Shown: positions 47,106-56,807 of the stretch, in pieces
Layout: each line of letters starts with the position of its first letter
How positions within the stretch are numbered: the stretch's first letter is position 1
Virus record (IMG/VR): IMGVR_UViG_3300009158_000045
Coordinates: 1-64,000 of that record
DNA: 64,000 nt
Reading direction: 5' to 3' (one strand)
From: a virus
The notes under the pieces: generated by a model
The model's database searches: none
Seen by the model: the letters and a program-made list of their open reading frames with translations, nothing else
What the model was told of the DNA's origin: nothing
Translations under genes and position numbers: made by a program

Positions 47106-47418
47106 CAAAGAGCCTTATATTCTACTATCTTTATTTCAAAATTTATATAAAGAGAAGTATGGCAAGTATCCATCAATTAATAAGTTTCGTGAAAAATGGG
47201 CTATGCAAGATGTCATTGATAGTGTAGGATTTGATCGTGCAAAAGAATTGCTTGAATACTATTTTCATCTAACTAAGCACGGACACACCATTCAGTTTTT
47301 CCTATATAATTTTGATAAAATGGATACCGTAAAAACTGAGATTGAAAAAGATAAAGAAAAACGTCGTTTGTTACTACAAGAAACGAAGAAGATGGTAGAG
47401 CAAGGCGGGCTAGAGTGA
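47095..47418 (+). CDS. hypothetical protein upstream of helicase (possible loader/initiator)
   Basis: GTG start, overlaps dnaB start. Function inferred from position only. Confidence 0.55.
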   Translation: MANSKEPYILLSLFQNLYKEKYGKYPSINKFREKWAMQDVIDSVGFDRAKELLEYYFHLTKHGHTIQFFLYNFDKMDTVKTEIEKDKEKRRLLLQETKKMVEQGGLE

Positions 47419-48677
47419 ACACAGAAGCAGAGCTAATCTCCGCAGTATGTAAAAATAAAGACATAAGTACACTCCTTGCGGATAACGTAGACGATCTATT
47501 TACATCGCATAAAGATATTTGGGATGGATTAAAGTCATACTACTATAAGTTTAAGGCGGTACCAGAAGCAGGAATCCTTCAAGAGAAATTTAAAGACTTT
47601 GAGCCAGTAGATGTCAAGGGACAAACTGGATATTATCTTGATACATTAAAAAATGAATTTATTTCAAATAAACTTAAAACAATTATTTTACGTGCAGGGT
47701 CATCATTAAAAGAAGATGCAGCCTCAAGAGTTCTTGAGAACATGCAATCTCAATTGGCTGGCCTTAGTAGGTTTACAAACAATGTGCGAGACCTAGACAT
47801 CACAGATGCAGATGCAGCAATTAGACATATGGAGTTGCTAAAAATACGCTCTGCAGAAATGGGTGGATCCCCAGGAATTAAAACTGGATTTGAAGCAATT
47901 GATTTAGCATACCCAACAGGGATGGCTCCAGGACATTTAATTGTTGCAATTGGTTGGCCAGGTCGTGGTAAAACTTGGTTTACATCTTATCTTGCATGCA
48001 AAGCATGGGAACAAGGGTTTAAGCCAATGATTGTTTCACTTGAGATGTCACCAGAAAATATGCGTGATCGTATCTACACAATGCTTGGTTCTGGTTTATT
48101 TAAAGCATCTGATTTTTCTAGGGGAGATATCAATATAGATAACTTCCGCTCATGGTCATCAAAAAAGTTTGCAGATAAAAACGGTTTTATCTTAATTTCA
48201 AGCGAGGGCACCACAGAGGTTACACCTGCAACAATTCAAGGTAAGATCGACCAGCACAAACCAGATTTAGTTATTCTCGACTATCATCAATTATTTAATG
48301 ATAACAAGCGCAGCAATTCTGAAGTTGAAAGAAACCGAAATGTTTCTCGTGAATTTAAAATGCTAGCAGTATCCAACAACATACCAATTATTGATATCAC
48401 TGCAGCTACCGCAGACGATGTTTCGGATCAGGATAATCCTCCAATGATGTCACAGGTGGCATGGTCAAAGGCAATCGAGTATGATGCTGATATGGCTATG
48501 GCCGTACACAGATATCCAGGAACAAATATGATTGAGGTTGTTTCACGCAAAAATCGTCATGGGCATGAATTTGGTTTATACTTAGATTGGGATATCAACA
48601 GGGGTATCGTCAAAGAGATTTATGAGAATCCATTCCAAAATAATGAATCACAAACCGATAAAAAGATTTCAGGTTAG
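47415..48677 (+). CDS. dnaB: DnaB-like replicative helicase
   Basis: Walker A GWPGRGKT, SLEMS, VILDYHQL, AIEYDAD, RKNRHG. Confidence 0.92.
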   Translation: MNTEAELISAVCKNKDISTLLADNVDDLFTSHKDIWDGLKSYYYKFKAVPEAGILQEKFKDFEPVDVKGQTGYYLDTLKNEFISNKLKTIILRAGSSLKEDAASRVLENMQSQLAGLSRFTNNVRDLDITDADAAIRHMELLKIRSAEMGGSPGIKTGFEAIDLAYPTGMAPGHLIVAIGWPGRGKTWFTSYLACKAWEQGFKPMIVSLEMSPENMRDRIYTMLGSGLFKASDFSRGDINIDNFRSWSSKKFADKNGFILISSEGTTEVTPATIQGKIDQHKPDLVILDYHQLFNDNKRSNSEVERNRNVSREFKMLAVSNNIPIIDITAATADDVSDQDNPPMMSQVAWSKAIEYDADMAMAVHRYPGTNMIEVVSRKNRHGHEFGLYLDWDINRGIVKEIYENPFQNNESQTDKKISG

Positions 48678-48933
48678 AGTTGAATTTTTAGACGACTCTG
48701 ATATGGTTCGTGTAAAGCATCAATATGAAAGCATGCTTACGCATCAAATGAGAGACAAAGGGTATCTTAGGGTACTTGACATAGATACCAACTTTTCGGT
48801 AGAATTTGACGGTACAACATGGATGTTCTTAATGACACTCTATGGAATATATGTAGGAAAGAAACTGGCATGGGATCACGAAGCAATTACGCAAGGAAAG
48901 CTGAAGCCACGCAATACTCTAAGCAGCATATAA
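48643..48933 (+). CDS. hypothetical protein
   Basis: The ORF track starts at 48622; ATG 48643 is preferred. MRDKGYLRVLDID...TLYGIYVG. Confidence 0.6.
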   Translation: MNHKPIKRFQVRVEFLDDSDMVRVKHQYESMLTHQMRDKGYLRVLDIDTNFSVEFDGTTWMFLMTLYGIYVGKKLAWDHEAITQGKLKPRNTLSSI

Positions 48934-49874
48934 AGGCAATTGTAAAAAGTCTTGGCTTGCAGGTAGCTGGTGAAACAGACATAGAGATATCTTTCTACTG
49001 TCCATTTCATTCCAATAGGCACAGTGCAAGTTGTAGTATAAGTAAAACAACTGGGGCCTGGCTGTGTTTTAATCCATCATGTGGAGAAACTGGATCACTA
49101 ATAGAGCTAGTTAAAAGAGTTTTGCATAAAAATGATTTTGAAGCAATGAGATATGTCTACTCAAAAGAAGCAGAAACATTAGAAAACTTTGATGATCTGC
49201 TTAACGATATGCTAGAAGATAAACCAGATTTTGTAGAATTCCCAGAAGAGATATTAAAAAACCTTCATAATGATTTAGTCTCAAGCCCAGATGCACAGAC
49301 TTATTTTAATACTAGAGGTATAGATATGTCTTCAATGTCGCACTTTTCTTTAGGATACTCTCCAAAGCAAGATATGGTCACAGTACCAGTTCATAGCCCA
49401 GACGGATTACCAGTTGGAATTGTTGGTCGATCTATTTCAGAAAAGAAATTTAAAAACAGCACCAACCTGCCTAGAAGCAAAACTATGTTTAATATTCACC
49501 GTGCTAAAAAAATAGGAGATAATGTTATTATTGTAGAGTCTAGCTTCGATGCAATTCGTGTACATCAGGCTGGGTTCCCTAACGTTATTGCAACCCTGGG
49601 CGGCCACATATCTACAGAAAATATTGCTTTAATAAATAGATATTTTAATAAGGTTACTTTAATGACTGATGCCGACCATGCTGGGCGTGAGCTTGCAAAT
49701 AGTATAGCCTCTAGATTAAAAAACAAAGACCTCTTGTGGGCTTCTTATGAATATGGTAAGATATATCCACATGATGCAAAAGATGCTGGTGATATGACCG
49801 AAGAGGAAATTAAAGCCTGTATCAAAAACGCAGTTTCCAATATTGAATATCAATCTTGGGCCCATCAAAAATAA
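48870..49874 (+). CDS. dnaG: DNA primase (CHC2 zinc finger + TOPRIM)
   Basis: CPFH...CFNPSC zinc finger, IVESSFDA, DADHAG, KDAGD. Start uncertain (48819 or 48870). Confidence 0.9.
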   Translation: MGSRSNYARKAEATQYSKQHIKAIVKSLGLQVAGETDIEISFYCPFHSNRHSASCSISKTTGAWLCFNPSCGETGSLIELVKRVLHKNDFEAMRYVYSKEAETLENFDDLLNDMLEDKPDFVEFPEEILKNLHNDLVSSPDAQTYFNTRGIDMSSMSHFSLGYSPKQDMVTVPVHSPDGLPVGIVGRSISEKKFKNSTNLPRSKTMFNIHRAKKIGDNVIIVESSFDAIRVHQAGFPNVIATLGGHISTENIALINRYFNKVTLMTDADHAGRELANSIASRLKNKDLLWASYEYGKIYPHDAKDAGDMTEEEIKACIKNAVSNIEYQSWAHQK

Positions 49875-49916
49875 TAAACAGATGGATTTACACCATCAAT
49901 TACAAAGGAGAAATAT

Positions 49917-50588
49917 ATGGGAATAGTAAAAGGTCTTAAAGATCTTAATAAGGTTATGGACAAACCGCAATCAAATGGCGGAGAAGGAACAAAAGGACGT
50001 TGGGTAAAGTTGGAGGATGCAGAGAGCGTAAAGATTCGTTTCTTGCAAGAGCTTGACCCAGACTCACCTACATACAATGAAAAAGCTGGACTAGGATTTA
50101 TTGCAGTAGAGCATACTAATCCAAAAGATTATCGCCGTAAAGGTCTTTGCACGATGGAAGATCAGGGTAAGTGCTACGGATGCGAGCAACACCGTAAAGA
50201 CTACAAGGCAGGATGGAAGGGTCGTTCACGACTTTACATCAATGTTCTTGTTGACGACGGCAAAGAAGATCCATATGTAGCCATTCTTTCACAAGGGTCA
50301 AGCGGAAAGACAATTACACCAACACTTATTGAATACGCTGGCGAAATGGGTAGCATTACAAATTTAATGTGGCGTGTCAAGCGTTCTGGAACAAAAACAG
50401 ATACAAGCTACACAATTATCCCTTTAGCTAAAGACGAAGCACCATTTGATGCATCATCTCTAGAGCTTTTCGAGCTCGAAGCATCTGCAGTTCGTGATAT
50501 GCCTTACACAGAGCAAGAAGCTTTCTTTGCTGGTGAAAGTACTCATGCAGATGAGCCTTCAGCAACTAGCAGCAACTTAGACTGGTAA
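49917..50588 (+). CDS. single-stranded DNA-binding protein (gp32-like)
   Basis: KIRFLQ...H...C...CYGC zinc motif, acidic tail ending in LDW. Lies between primase and polymerase. Confidence 0.75.
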   Translation: MGIVKGLKDLNKVMDKPQSNGGEGTKGRWVKLEDAESVKIRFLQELDPDSPTYNEKAGLGFIAVEHTNPKDYRRKGLCTMEDQGKCYGCEQHRKDYKAGWKGRSRLYINVLVDDGKEDPYVAILSQGSSGKTITPTLIEYAGEMGSITNLMWRVKRSGTKTDTSYTIIPLAKDEAPFDASSLELFELEASAVRDMPYTEQEAFFAGESTHADEPSATSSNLDW

Positions 50589-50600
50589 ACAATTAAATAG

Positions 50601-50634
50601 CAGGGGCAGTCTATTGACTGCCCCTGTATTATTT
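50601..50634 (+). terminator. intrinsic terminator after SSB
   Basis: Perfect 11-bp stem CAGGGGCAGTC-TATT-GACTGCCCCTG followed by TATTATTT. Confidence 0.8.
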
Positions 50635-50651
50635 AGTAGAATGACAACATG
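50614..50651 (+). promoter_or_regulatory. leaderless promoter whose -35 lies inside the terminator hairpin
   Basis: TTGACT (50614-50619), 17-bp spacer, TAGAAT (50637-50642), 6 nt, ATG 50649. Confidence 0.65.
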
Positions 50652-50855
50652 ATCTCATACGAAATACCAGATCCTTTTGATACTTTTGTGGCGCACAAGT
50701 ATAAAGACTATAAGGGAATGCTCTATGACTTCTTTGCAAGAGAATGGCATTTAAAAGCAGCGTGTTGTGGCGAAGATTTATATGCACCAAACAAAAAAAC
50801 AATGACGAAGATTAGACTTTATCATACTAGAAATGAATGCATGGGCGGATACTAA
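50649..50855 (+). CDS. small Cys/His protein
   Basis: CCGEDL...HTRNEC. Coupled to dnaE by TAATG. Confidence 0.6.
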   Translation: MISYEIPDPFDTFVAHKYKDYKGMLYDFFAREWHLKAACCGEDLYAPNKKTMTKIRLYHTRNECMGGY

Positions 50856-53800
50856 TGAGCTTTACACACCTACATGTTCATTCATATTATTCATTAATGG
50901 ATGGATTAAATTCACCTAAAGAATTATGCCAAGCTGCGTTAGATGCTGGGCAAACTGCGATTGCAATTACAGACCATGGCACTCTTTCTTCACACAGAGA
51001 TATGCAGATTGCTGCAAAAGAATTAGGAATAAAGCCTATACTTGGAGTAGAGGCTTACATCTCCCCCACAGATAGATTTGATAGGTCTTCTAAAACAGAT
51101 AAATCTATTCAGGCATATAACCATATTATTTTGCTTGCTAAAAATAAAAAAGGTCTTGAAAATATAAACACTCTTCAGGAGCTTGCTTGGAACGAAGGCT
51201 TTTATCATAAGCCACGTATTGATAGAGAGGTTTTAAAAGAATATGCAGAAGGCATTATTGTACTGTCTGGATGTCTTAACGGACTTATTAGTAAGTGTAT
51301 TGAAAAAGGAGAGATCTCAGAAGCGAAGATTGTTCTCAAGGATTTCAAGAAAACTTTTGGTGAAGATTTTTACATTGAGGTTCAATCTCACAACCCAAAA
51401 GAAATAAATGAAAAGCTTCTCGAGCTTGCAGATGAATTAAAAATTAAGGCGGTGGCAACAGGAGATGCCCATTTTGCTAAAGAAGAAGATAGAGTATTAG
51501 AAGAAGCTCTACTTATTTTATCAACATCTCCCAAGGTAGATAAAGATACAGATTTTGATATGTCAAGAAACATAAAGGATATGTTAGATAGATTTAATTA
51601 TCTTTATCCTGACCGTAGAATCTCATTTCAGAATATGAATTTGTTTATTCAAAGCCGTTCTGAAATAGAGGCAGACTTTAATAAAGCTGGGATTAATCGA
51701 ACAGACATCTACAAGAATACAATGGAAATTGCTGATAAGGTTGGAGATTACGACTTCTATCAGGGCCTGGACCTCCTGCCAGTCCCAAAGACTGATGCTG
51801 ATGAAAGACTAAGGGAGTTGGCTGAAAAGGGCTTAGAGAGGCTACAGAAGGCCTCAGACCCTATTTATATAGACAGGCTTAAAGAAGAGCTTTCTATTAT
51901 TGCCAAGAAAAATTTTGCTTCATATTTCCTTGTTGTTGGAGATATGATTAATTGGGCTAAAGAAAATAACATTATGGTCGGTCCAGGTCGTGGATCTGCC
52001 GCTGGATCTTTAGTTTGTTATACATTAGGAATCACTGATGTGGATCCAATTAAATATGACCTACTGTTCTTTAGGTTTATTAATGAAGAGCGCAACGACT
52101 TCCCAGATATTGATACTGACTTCGAAGACCGCAGAAGAAAAGAAGTTAAAGATTATTTAAAGAAAAAGTTCAAGCACGTGGCTTCTATTTCTACATACAC
52201 TTATTTTAAAGACAAGGGTGTTGTTAGAGATGCTGCTCGTGTATTTATGGTTCCACTTCAAGAAGTTAATCGTGCACTAAAGTCTGTAGATACATTTGAA
52301 GACTTTATAGATTCTCCAAACACAAAAGAATTTAGAATGCGCTACCCAGAAGTTGTTTGGCTTGCCGATAGACTTCGTGGAAGAATCAGATCAGTAGGCG
52401 TACACGCTGCTGGTGTAGTTGTTGCAAAAGATGATTTAAGAAAGTTTGCACCAGTTGAATCTCGTGAAGACTCTCAAGATAAAGTATCAGGAAGAATTCC
52501 AGTCGTCGCATACGATATGGATACGGTTGCAGATATAGGTCTTATTAAGCTAGATGCACTGGGTCTTAAGACTTTATCTGTGATCTCCGACACATTAAAG
52601 TCAATTAGAGATAGGCACGGGAAGACAATTAATCTTTCCGAAATGACTATGGATGATGCCAATGTTTACAAGATGCTAAGCGATGGTTATACAAAAGGCG
52701 TATTCCAGGCTGAAGCTACTCCATATACAAATCTTTTAATTAAAATGGGTGTAGACAAGTTTGAGGATTTAGCTGCTTCAAATGCCCTCGTTAGACCAGG
52801 GGCTATGAACACTGTAGGGGCAGCCTACATTAATCGTAAAAATGGTAATGAGGCTGTTGATTACATGCATACAATCATGAAGCCTTTTACCGAGAATACA
52901 TATGGTGTTATTATATATCAAGAGCAGGTTATGCAGGCATGCGTACACTTGGGCGGCATGACTTGGGCAGAGGCTGATAAGGTCCGCAAGATTATTGGAA
53001 AGAAGAAAGATGCAAAAGAATTTGACCAATTCAAGGATAGGTTTGTTACTGGGGCTTCAGAACACATTACTAAGAAAAAGGCAGAGGCGCTATGGCATGA
53101 TTTTGAGGCGCATGCTGGTTATTCTTTTAACCGTTCCCATGCTGTTGCTTACTCTATGCTTAGTTACTATACTGCTTGGCTTAAGTTTTATTATCCACTT
53201 GAGTTCATGTTTTCGATTCTTAAAAATGAAAATGATAAGGACGCAAGAACAGAATATTTAATTGAATCAAAAAGACTTGGACTCAAAGTTCTTTTGCCAC
53301 ATATTAATGAATCTCAAGTATATTTTTCTTTACAGGACAATGCAATTAGATTTGGATTAGCCGAGGTAAAGTTTATTTCAGATAGCATTGCAAATAAAAT
53401 AATAGAAAGAAGACCGTTTAATGATTATTCTGACTTTATTGAAAAGGCATCAAAAAAGGGTTCTGGCATTAATAGCCGTGCTATTGCTGCTCTTAACTCC
53501 ATCGGCGGTGCTGCGTTTACTGATAATAAAAGGCAAGGAAATGAAAAAGATAGTTACTACGAATACCTAGGAATACCTACATTTAATCTTGAAGGAATTC
53601 CTCCAAGAATTAAAGCTCAGGCTAGGCCAATTGAAGATTTTGATGATCTTGGATCCTTTATTATGTTTGGTATGGTAAAGTCTATTAAGCGTGGTAACGG
53701 TTGGGCAAGAGTAGAGCTTGTTGATGAGACTGGATCCATTGGACTATTTCACACAGAGCAGACACAGATAGAGACTGGACAGATGTACTTTATACTTGTT

Positions 53801-54124
53801 GGTGATAATAGAATTGCTAGATACGTAAAGGTATCAGATATTTCTTTCGACTCAGAAGATATATTTGTGAATTATTTATACAAAAAAGAATATGATTTGG
53901 AAGAAGATGAATATCAAGTAATCAACTTTACACCATACATAACAAAGGCTGGCAAGCATATGAGTCACATTGTTATGACCGATAGGGATAAAAATTTAAC
54001 TAGGGCAATTGCATTTCCTACAATGTATAAAATGACCCTAGCAAAAATGCGTGAAGGAATGAAATGTAGGGTTACATTGTCAAAGTTAGACGATGGAACA
54101 TTAAATATAAAGGAGATAAAATGA
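50855..54124 (+). CDS. dnaE: DNA polymerase III alpha subunit (family C)
   Basis: PHP domain HLHVHSYYSLMDG / TDHG / TGDAH, GPGRGSAAGSLV, catalytic FPDIDTDF, YSFNRSHAVAY. Confidence 0.96.
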   Translation: MSFTHLHVHSYYSLMDGLNSPKELCQAALDAGQTAIAITDHGTLSSHRDMQIAAKELGIKPILGVEAYISPTDRFDRSSKTDKSIQAYNHIILLAKNKKGLENINTLQELAWNEGFYHKPRIDREVLKEYAEGIIVLSGCLNGLISKCIEKGEISEAKIVLKDFKKTFGEDFYIEVQSHNPKEINEKLLELADELKIKAVATGDAHFAKEEDRVLEEALLILSTSPKVDKDTDFDMSRNIKDMLDRFNYLYPDRRISFQNMNLFIQSRSEIEADFNKAGINRTDIYKNTMEIADKVGDYDFYQGLDLLPVPKTDADERLRELAEKGLERLQKASDPIYIDRLKEELSIIAKKNFASYFLVVGDMINWAKENNIMVGPGRGSAAGSLVCYTLGITDVDPIKYDLLFFRFINEERNDFPDIDTDFEDRRRKEVKDYLKKKFKHVASISTYTYFKDKGVVRDAARVFMVPLQEVNRALKSVDTFEDFIDSPNTKEFRMRYPEVVWLADRLRGRIRSVGVHAAGVVVAKDDLRKFAPVESREDSQDKVSGRIPVVAYDMDTVADIGLIKLDALGLKTLSVISDTLKSIRDRHGKTINLSEMTMDDANVYKMLSDGYTKGVFQAEATPYTNLLIKMGVDKFEDLAASNALVRPGAMNTVGAAYINRKNGNEAVDYMHTIMKPFTENTYGVIIYQEQVMQACVHLGGMTWAEADKVRKIIGKKKDAKEFDQFKDRFVTGASEHITKKKAEALWHDFEAHAGYSFNRSHAVAYSMLSYYTAWLKFYYPLEFMFSILKNENDKDARTEYLIESKRLGLKVLLPHINESQVYFSLQDNAIRFGLAEVKFISDSIANKIIERRPFNDYSDFIEKASKKGSGINSRAIAALNSIGGAAFTDNKRQGNEKDSYYEYLGIPTFNLEGIPPRIKAQARPIEDFDDLGSFIMFGMVKSIKRGNGWARVELVDETGSIGLFHTEQTQIETGQMYFILVGDNRIARYVKVSDISFDSEDIFVNYLYKKEYDLEEDEYQVINFTPYITKAGKHMSHIVMTDRDKNLTRAIAFPTMYKMTLAKMREGMKCRVTLSKLDDGTLNIKEIK

Positions 54125-54363
54125 CAGATGAAGTAAAAGCGGAAGAAGTATTTACGCAATTAAATGCTACAAAAATATTGGTTGCCATACTAGAGCAGAT
54201 TGAAAAAATAACTGTTCCAACAAACTTGATCCTTTTGGCAGGCGAAAAAGACAGAGAAATACAGGTTGATTATAATTCTGATGATCAGACATTTACTTTT
54301 GCAATAAGGAAAAATAATGAATCAGGGTTCGATAACGACCAACTCATTGAAAGCTTCGAGTAG
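54121..54363 (+). CDS. hypothetical protein
   Basis: ORF track, AAGGAG SD. Confidence 0.6.
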   Translation: MTDEVKAEEVFTQLNATKILVAILEQIEKITVPTNLILLAGEKDREIQVDYNSDDQTFTFAIRKNNESGFDNDQLIESFE

Positions 54364-54709
54364 CACTTTGCCAGAACTAGTAACAGACTACGGGCTAGAC
54401 GCTCTATCTGCAATATTGCATGAGACTGCAATAGAAAAGGGGTTTTGGGATGGAGAAATTGACTACGACAAGATAGGTAATAAATTAGCATTAGTTCATT
54501 CTGAAGTTACAGAGGTGCTGGAGGCAATAAGAAAAAATAAGGGCTCGGAAGAAGTTGTTGAAGAAATAGCAGATGTATTAATTAGAATATTAGATATCTA
54601 TGCAGCAATGAGAAACTCTGGAGACCTAGTAGAAAGCTTAGACGAAATTTTATTTAATAAAATGGAAAAAAATAAAGCAAGGCCAAAGCTTCACGGCAAT
54701 TTGTTTTAA
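54317..54709 (+). CDS. MazG-like nucleotide pyrophosphohydrolase
   Basis: LALVHSEVTEVLEAIRK...EEIADVLIRILD...KMEKNKARP. Confidence 0.8.
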   Translation: MNQGSITTNSLKASSSTLPELVTDYGLDALSAILHETAIEKGFWDGEIDYDKIGNKLALVHSEVTEVLEAIRKNKGSEEVVEEIADVLIRILDIYAAMRNSGDLVESLDEILFNKMEKNKARPKLHGNLF

Positions 54710-54718
54710 TGATATAAT
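54690..54718 (+). promoter_or_regulatory. promoter for recA operon
   Basis: TTCACG (54690-54695), 17-bp spacer, TATAAT (54713-54718) with TG extension. Confidence 0.5.
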
Positions 54719-54739
54719 AACATAAAAGAGAGAGTTAAA

Positions 54740-55744
54740 ATGACAATAATGATAGACAACATACTATCTAAGCTAGACCCTAAAACAAGAGCCAGAGTTA
54801 AGTCTGCACAGGATATAGTTGTTGAAAAACAAAAAACTCCAAGTATCGGGCTTAACATGGCGCTTAAGGGTGGTCTTGGGTATGGACGACAAGTTTTAAT
54901 TTGGGGCAACAAGTCAGCTGGAAAATCTTCTTTTTGTTTACAGATGATAGCAGAAGCACAAAAAGATGGTAAAACATGTGCTTGGATAGATGCTGAAGCG
55001 TCCTATGATCAGGCTTGGGCAGAAAAACTTGGAGTAGATTCGTCTTCCCTTATCTACTCTCCAGCAAAAACAGTAAATGATATGGTTGATGTTGCTACAA
55101 AATTGATGGACGCTGGTGTTGATCTAATAGTTGTTGATTCCATCTCAGCATTACTCCCAGCAATATATTTTGAAAAAGATGGAAATGAAATGAAAGATTT
55201 GCAAGATACTAAGCAAATCGGAGCAGAAGCAAAGGATATGACCCATGCGGTCAAAATGTTAAACTATGCAAACAAAAACACATTACTGGTACTCATCTCA
55301 CAGCAAAGAAATCAATTTGGATCTATGCATGCTTCCCATATCCCGACAGGGGGAATGGCAGTCAAGTTCTTTTCTTCAACAGTCATTAAGCTTTGGTCAT
55401 CAGAAGCTGAAGCTAATGCTATTAAGGCAGGCATTAAGGTTGGTGACAAAATCATTGAACAAAGAGTTGGCCGACCAGTCAATTGGATTATTGATTACAA
55501 CAAACTCGGCCCCCCTAATTTATCAGGACAGTATGACTTCTACTACCAAGGAGAAAGCTTAGGAGTTGATTTAGTAGGAGAAACTTTAGATGTTGCAGAG
55601 ATGGTAGGTGCAGTTGAAAAAGGTGGAGCCTGGTATACAATCAATGGAGAAAGATTACAAGGAAGATCAAAAGCTGTACAGTATTTAAAGGATAATAGAG
55701 ATGTTGTTGAAAAATTAGTTAAGGATATTGATGCCAAGTCTTAA
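54740..55744 (+). CDS. recA: RecA/UvsX-like recombinase
   Basis: GNKSAGKSS, WIDAE, LIVVDSISAL, TGGMAVKFFSS, KGGAWY. Confidence 0.92.
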   Translation: MTIMIDNILSKLDPKTRARVKSAQDIVVEKQKTPSIGLNMALKGGLGYGRQVLIWGNKSAGKSSFCLQMIAEAQKDGKTCAWIDAEASYDQAWAEKLGVDSSSLIYSPAKTVNDMVDVATKLMDAGVDLIVVDSISALLPAIYFEKDGNEMKDLQDTKQIGAEAKDMTHAVKMLNYANKNTLLVLISQQRNQFGSMHASHIPTGGMAVKFFSSTVIKLWSSEAEANAIKAGIKVGDKIIEQRVGRPVNWIIDYNKLGPPNLSGQYDFYYQGESLGVDLVGETLDVAEMVGAVEKGGAWYTINGERLQGRSKAVQYLKDNRDVVEKLVKDIDAKS

Positions 55745-55922
55745 TGATTTTTTAAATAAAAAAGATAAAGAGGAAGTATACTCTACATTAGAGCCTATTG
55801 ATGGCTTAAAGCCATGTGCACATTGCAATGAAGATGTAGATGGTGGATGGTGGGATCCCGAAAAATTAATAATGAGTTGGAAATGTTCCAATGGACATGA
55901 AAATTCTTATCAGGTAGGCTAA
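55731..55922 (+). CDS. small zinc-ribbon protein
   Basis: CAHC...WKCSNGH. Confidence 0.6.
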   Translation: MPSLNDFLNKKDKEEVYSTLEPIDGLKPCAHCNEDVDGGWWDPEKLIMSWKCSNGHENSYQVG

Positions 55923-56227
55923 TGTCAGAAAGAGCAGAAGTTAAAAGAGATGGTGCAAAAGCTCAAAAAAATTCTGGTAGAGGAGATTATCAAAAAGGAG
56001 ATGCTCAATGGAAAAAATTTCTTGTTGATTATAAAGAAGCAGGTAAATCCTTTACTTTAAATAAAGATAATTGGGCAAAGATTTGTACGGACACTTTTAA
56101 GGTCAATAGAGATATGTATCCAGCATTAAAGATTATTATCGGGTCGGAATCCAAAGTTCGTCTTGGGATTATTGAGTGGTCAATTCTTGAAGAGTTGATT
56201 CAATTTTATGAGGAGAATCATGATTAA
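55922..56227 (+). CDS. PD-(D/E)xK Holliday-junction-resolvase-like nuclease
   Basis: SE..E...NSG...KGD...VDYKE pattern. Confidence 0.6.
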   Translation: MSERAEVKRDGAKAQKNSGRGDYQKGDAQWKKFLVDYKEAGKSFTLNKDNWAKICTDTFKVNRDMYPALKIIIGSESKVRLGIIEWSILEELIQFYEENHD

Positions 56228-56381
56228 AGAAGTATTTTTAACTACGCTTACTGGAATGGGCGTGGGTGCAGTTTTTAGTATATTTAGGCTACCAGTCCCA
56301 GCCCCACCAGTCTTTGCAGGCCTAATGGGAATATTTGGCTTATGGATGGGCTACGGACTTATTCAAAGGATTCTTTCATGA
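56220..56381 (+). CDS. XapX/DUF1427-like small membrane protein (53 aa; not in ORF track)
   Basis: MIKEVFLTTLTGMGVGAVFSIFRLPVPAPPVFAGLMGIFGLWMGYGLIQRILS. PxPAPP hinge between two hydrophobic helices. GGAG SD. Confidence 0.7.
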   Translation: MIKEVFLTTLTGMGVGAVFSIFRLPVPAPPVFAGLMGIFGLWMGYGLIQRILS

Positions 56382-56482
56382 GTGTATTTTTAATGGGGCT
56401 ATTAATAGGATTTGTTGTAGGGTATGGCGTAGGCCTACTTATGGATAAATGGAGTAAGGCAATTGAAAATGACAGAGGATAA
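56378..56482 (+). CDS. 34-aa single-TM micro-protein (not in ORF track)
   Basis: MSVFLMGLLIGFVVGYGVGLLMDKWSKAIENDRG. ATGA overlap with the previous gene. Confidence 0.55.
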   Translation: MSVFLMGLLIGFVVGYGVGLLMDKWSKAIENDRG

Positions 56483-56807
56483 AAATACACTTGAGCTTAT
56501 AAGTAACATTACTGAATTCAATGATCTTCATGAGTTTATGCAAGATGAACACCTAGATAAAGCCCTGTCCATTGTGGTAAAATTATTAATGAACCCAGAC
56601 GTACCTTCAGCAAAAGCACCTATGTTAATTATGGAGCTGCAGGCTATGTCTACAAAGTTTGCTGTGATGTCTTCAGTCTATTCAACTATTGCTAAAGATA
56701 AAGCAGGCACAGTAAATAACAATAAAAAGAACGTATATTATTCAGTAAAGGAGTCCATAGACAAACTTGTAGATGCACTTAAGTATGTCGTTAGGTATAA
56801 CTCATAA
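56469..56807 (+). CDS. conserved hypothetical protein
   Basis: Helical. ATG 56469. Coupled to the Cas4-like gene. Confidence 0.65.
   Translation: MTEDKNTLELISNITEFNDLHEFMQDEHLDKALSIVVKLLMNPDVPSAKAPMLIMELQAMSTKFAVMSSVYSTIAKDKAGTVNNNKKNVYYSVKESIDKLVDALKYVVRYNS

Noticed and set aside
56295-56321. PAPPVFAG in the XapX-like peptide resembles the PPVFFG repeat
   Set aside because: PxPAPP is the family's own conserved hinge. A single short match 52 kb away is not evidence of a link.
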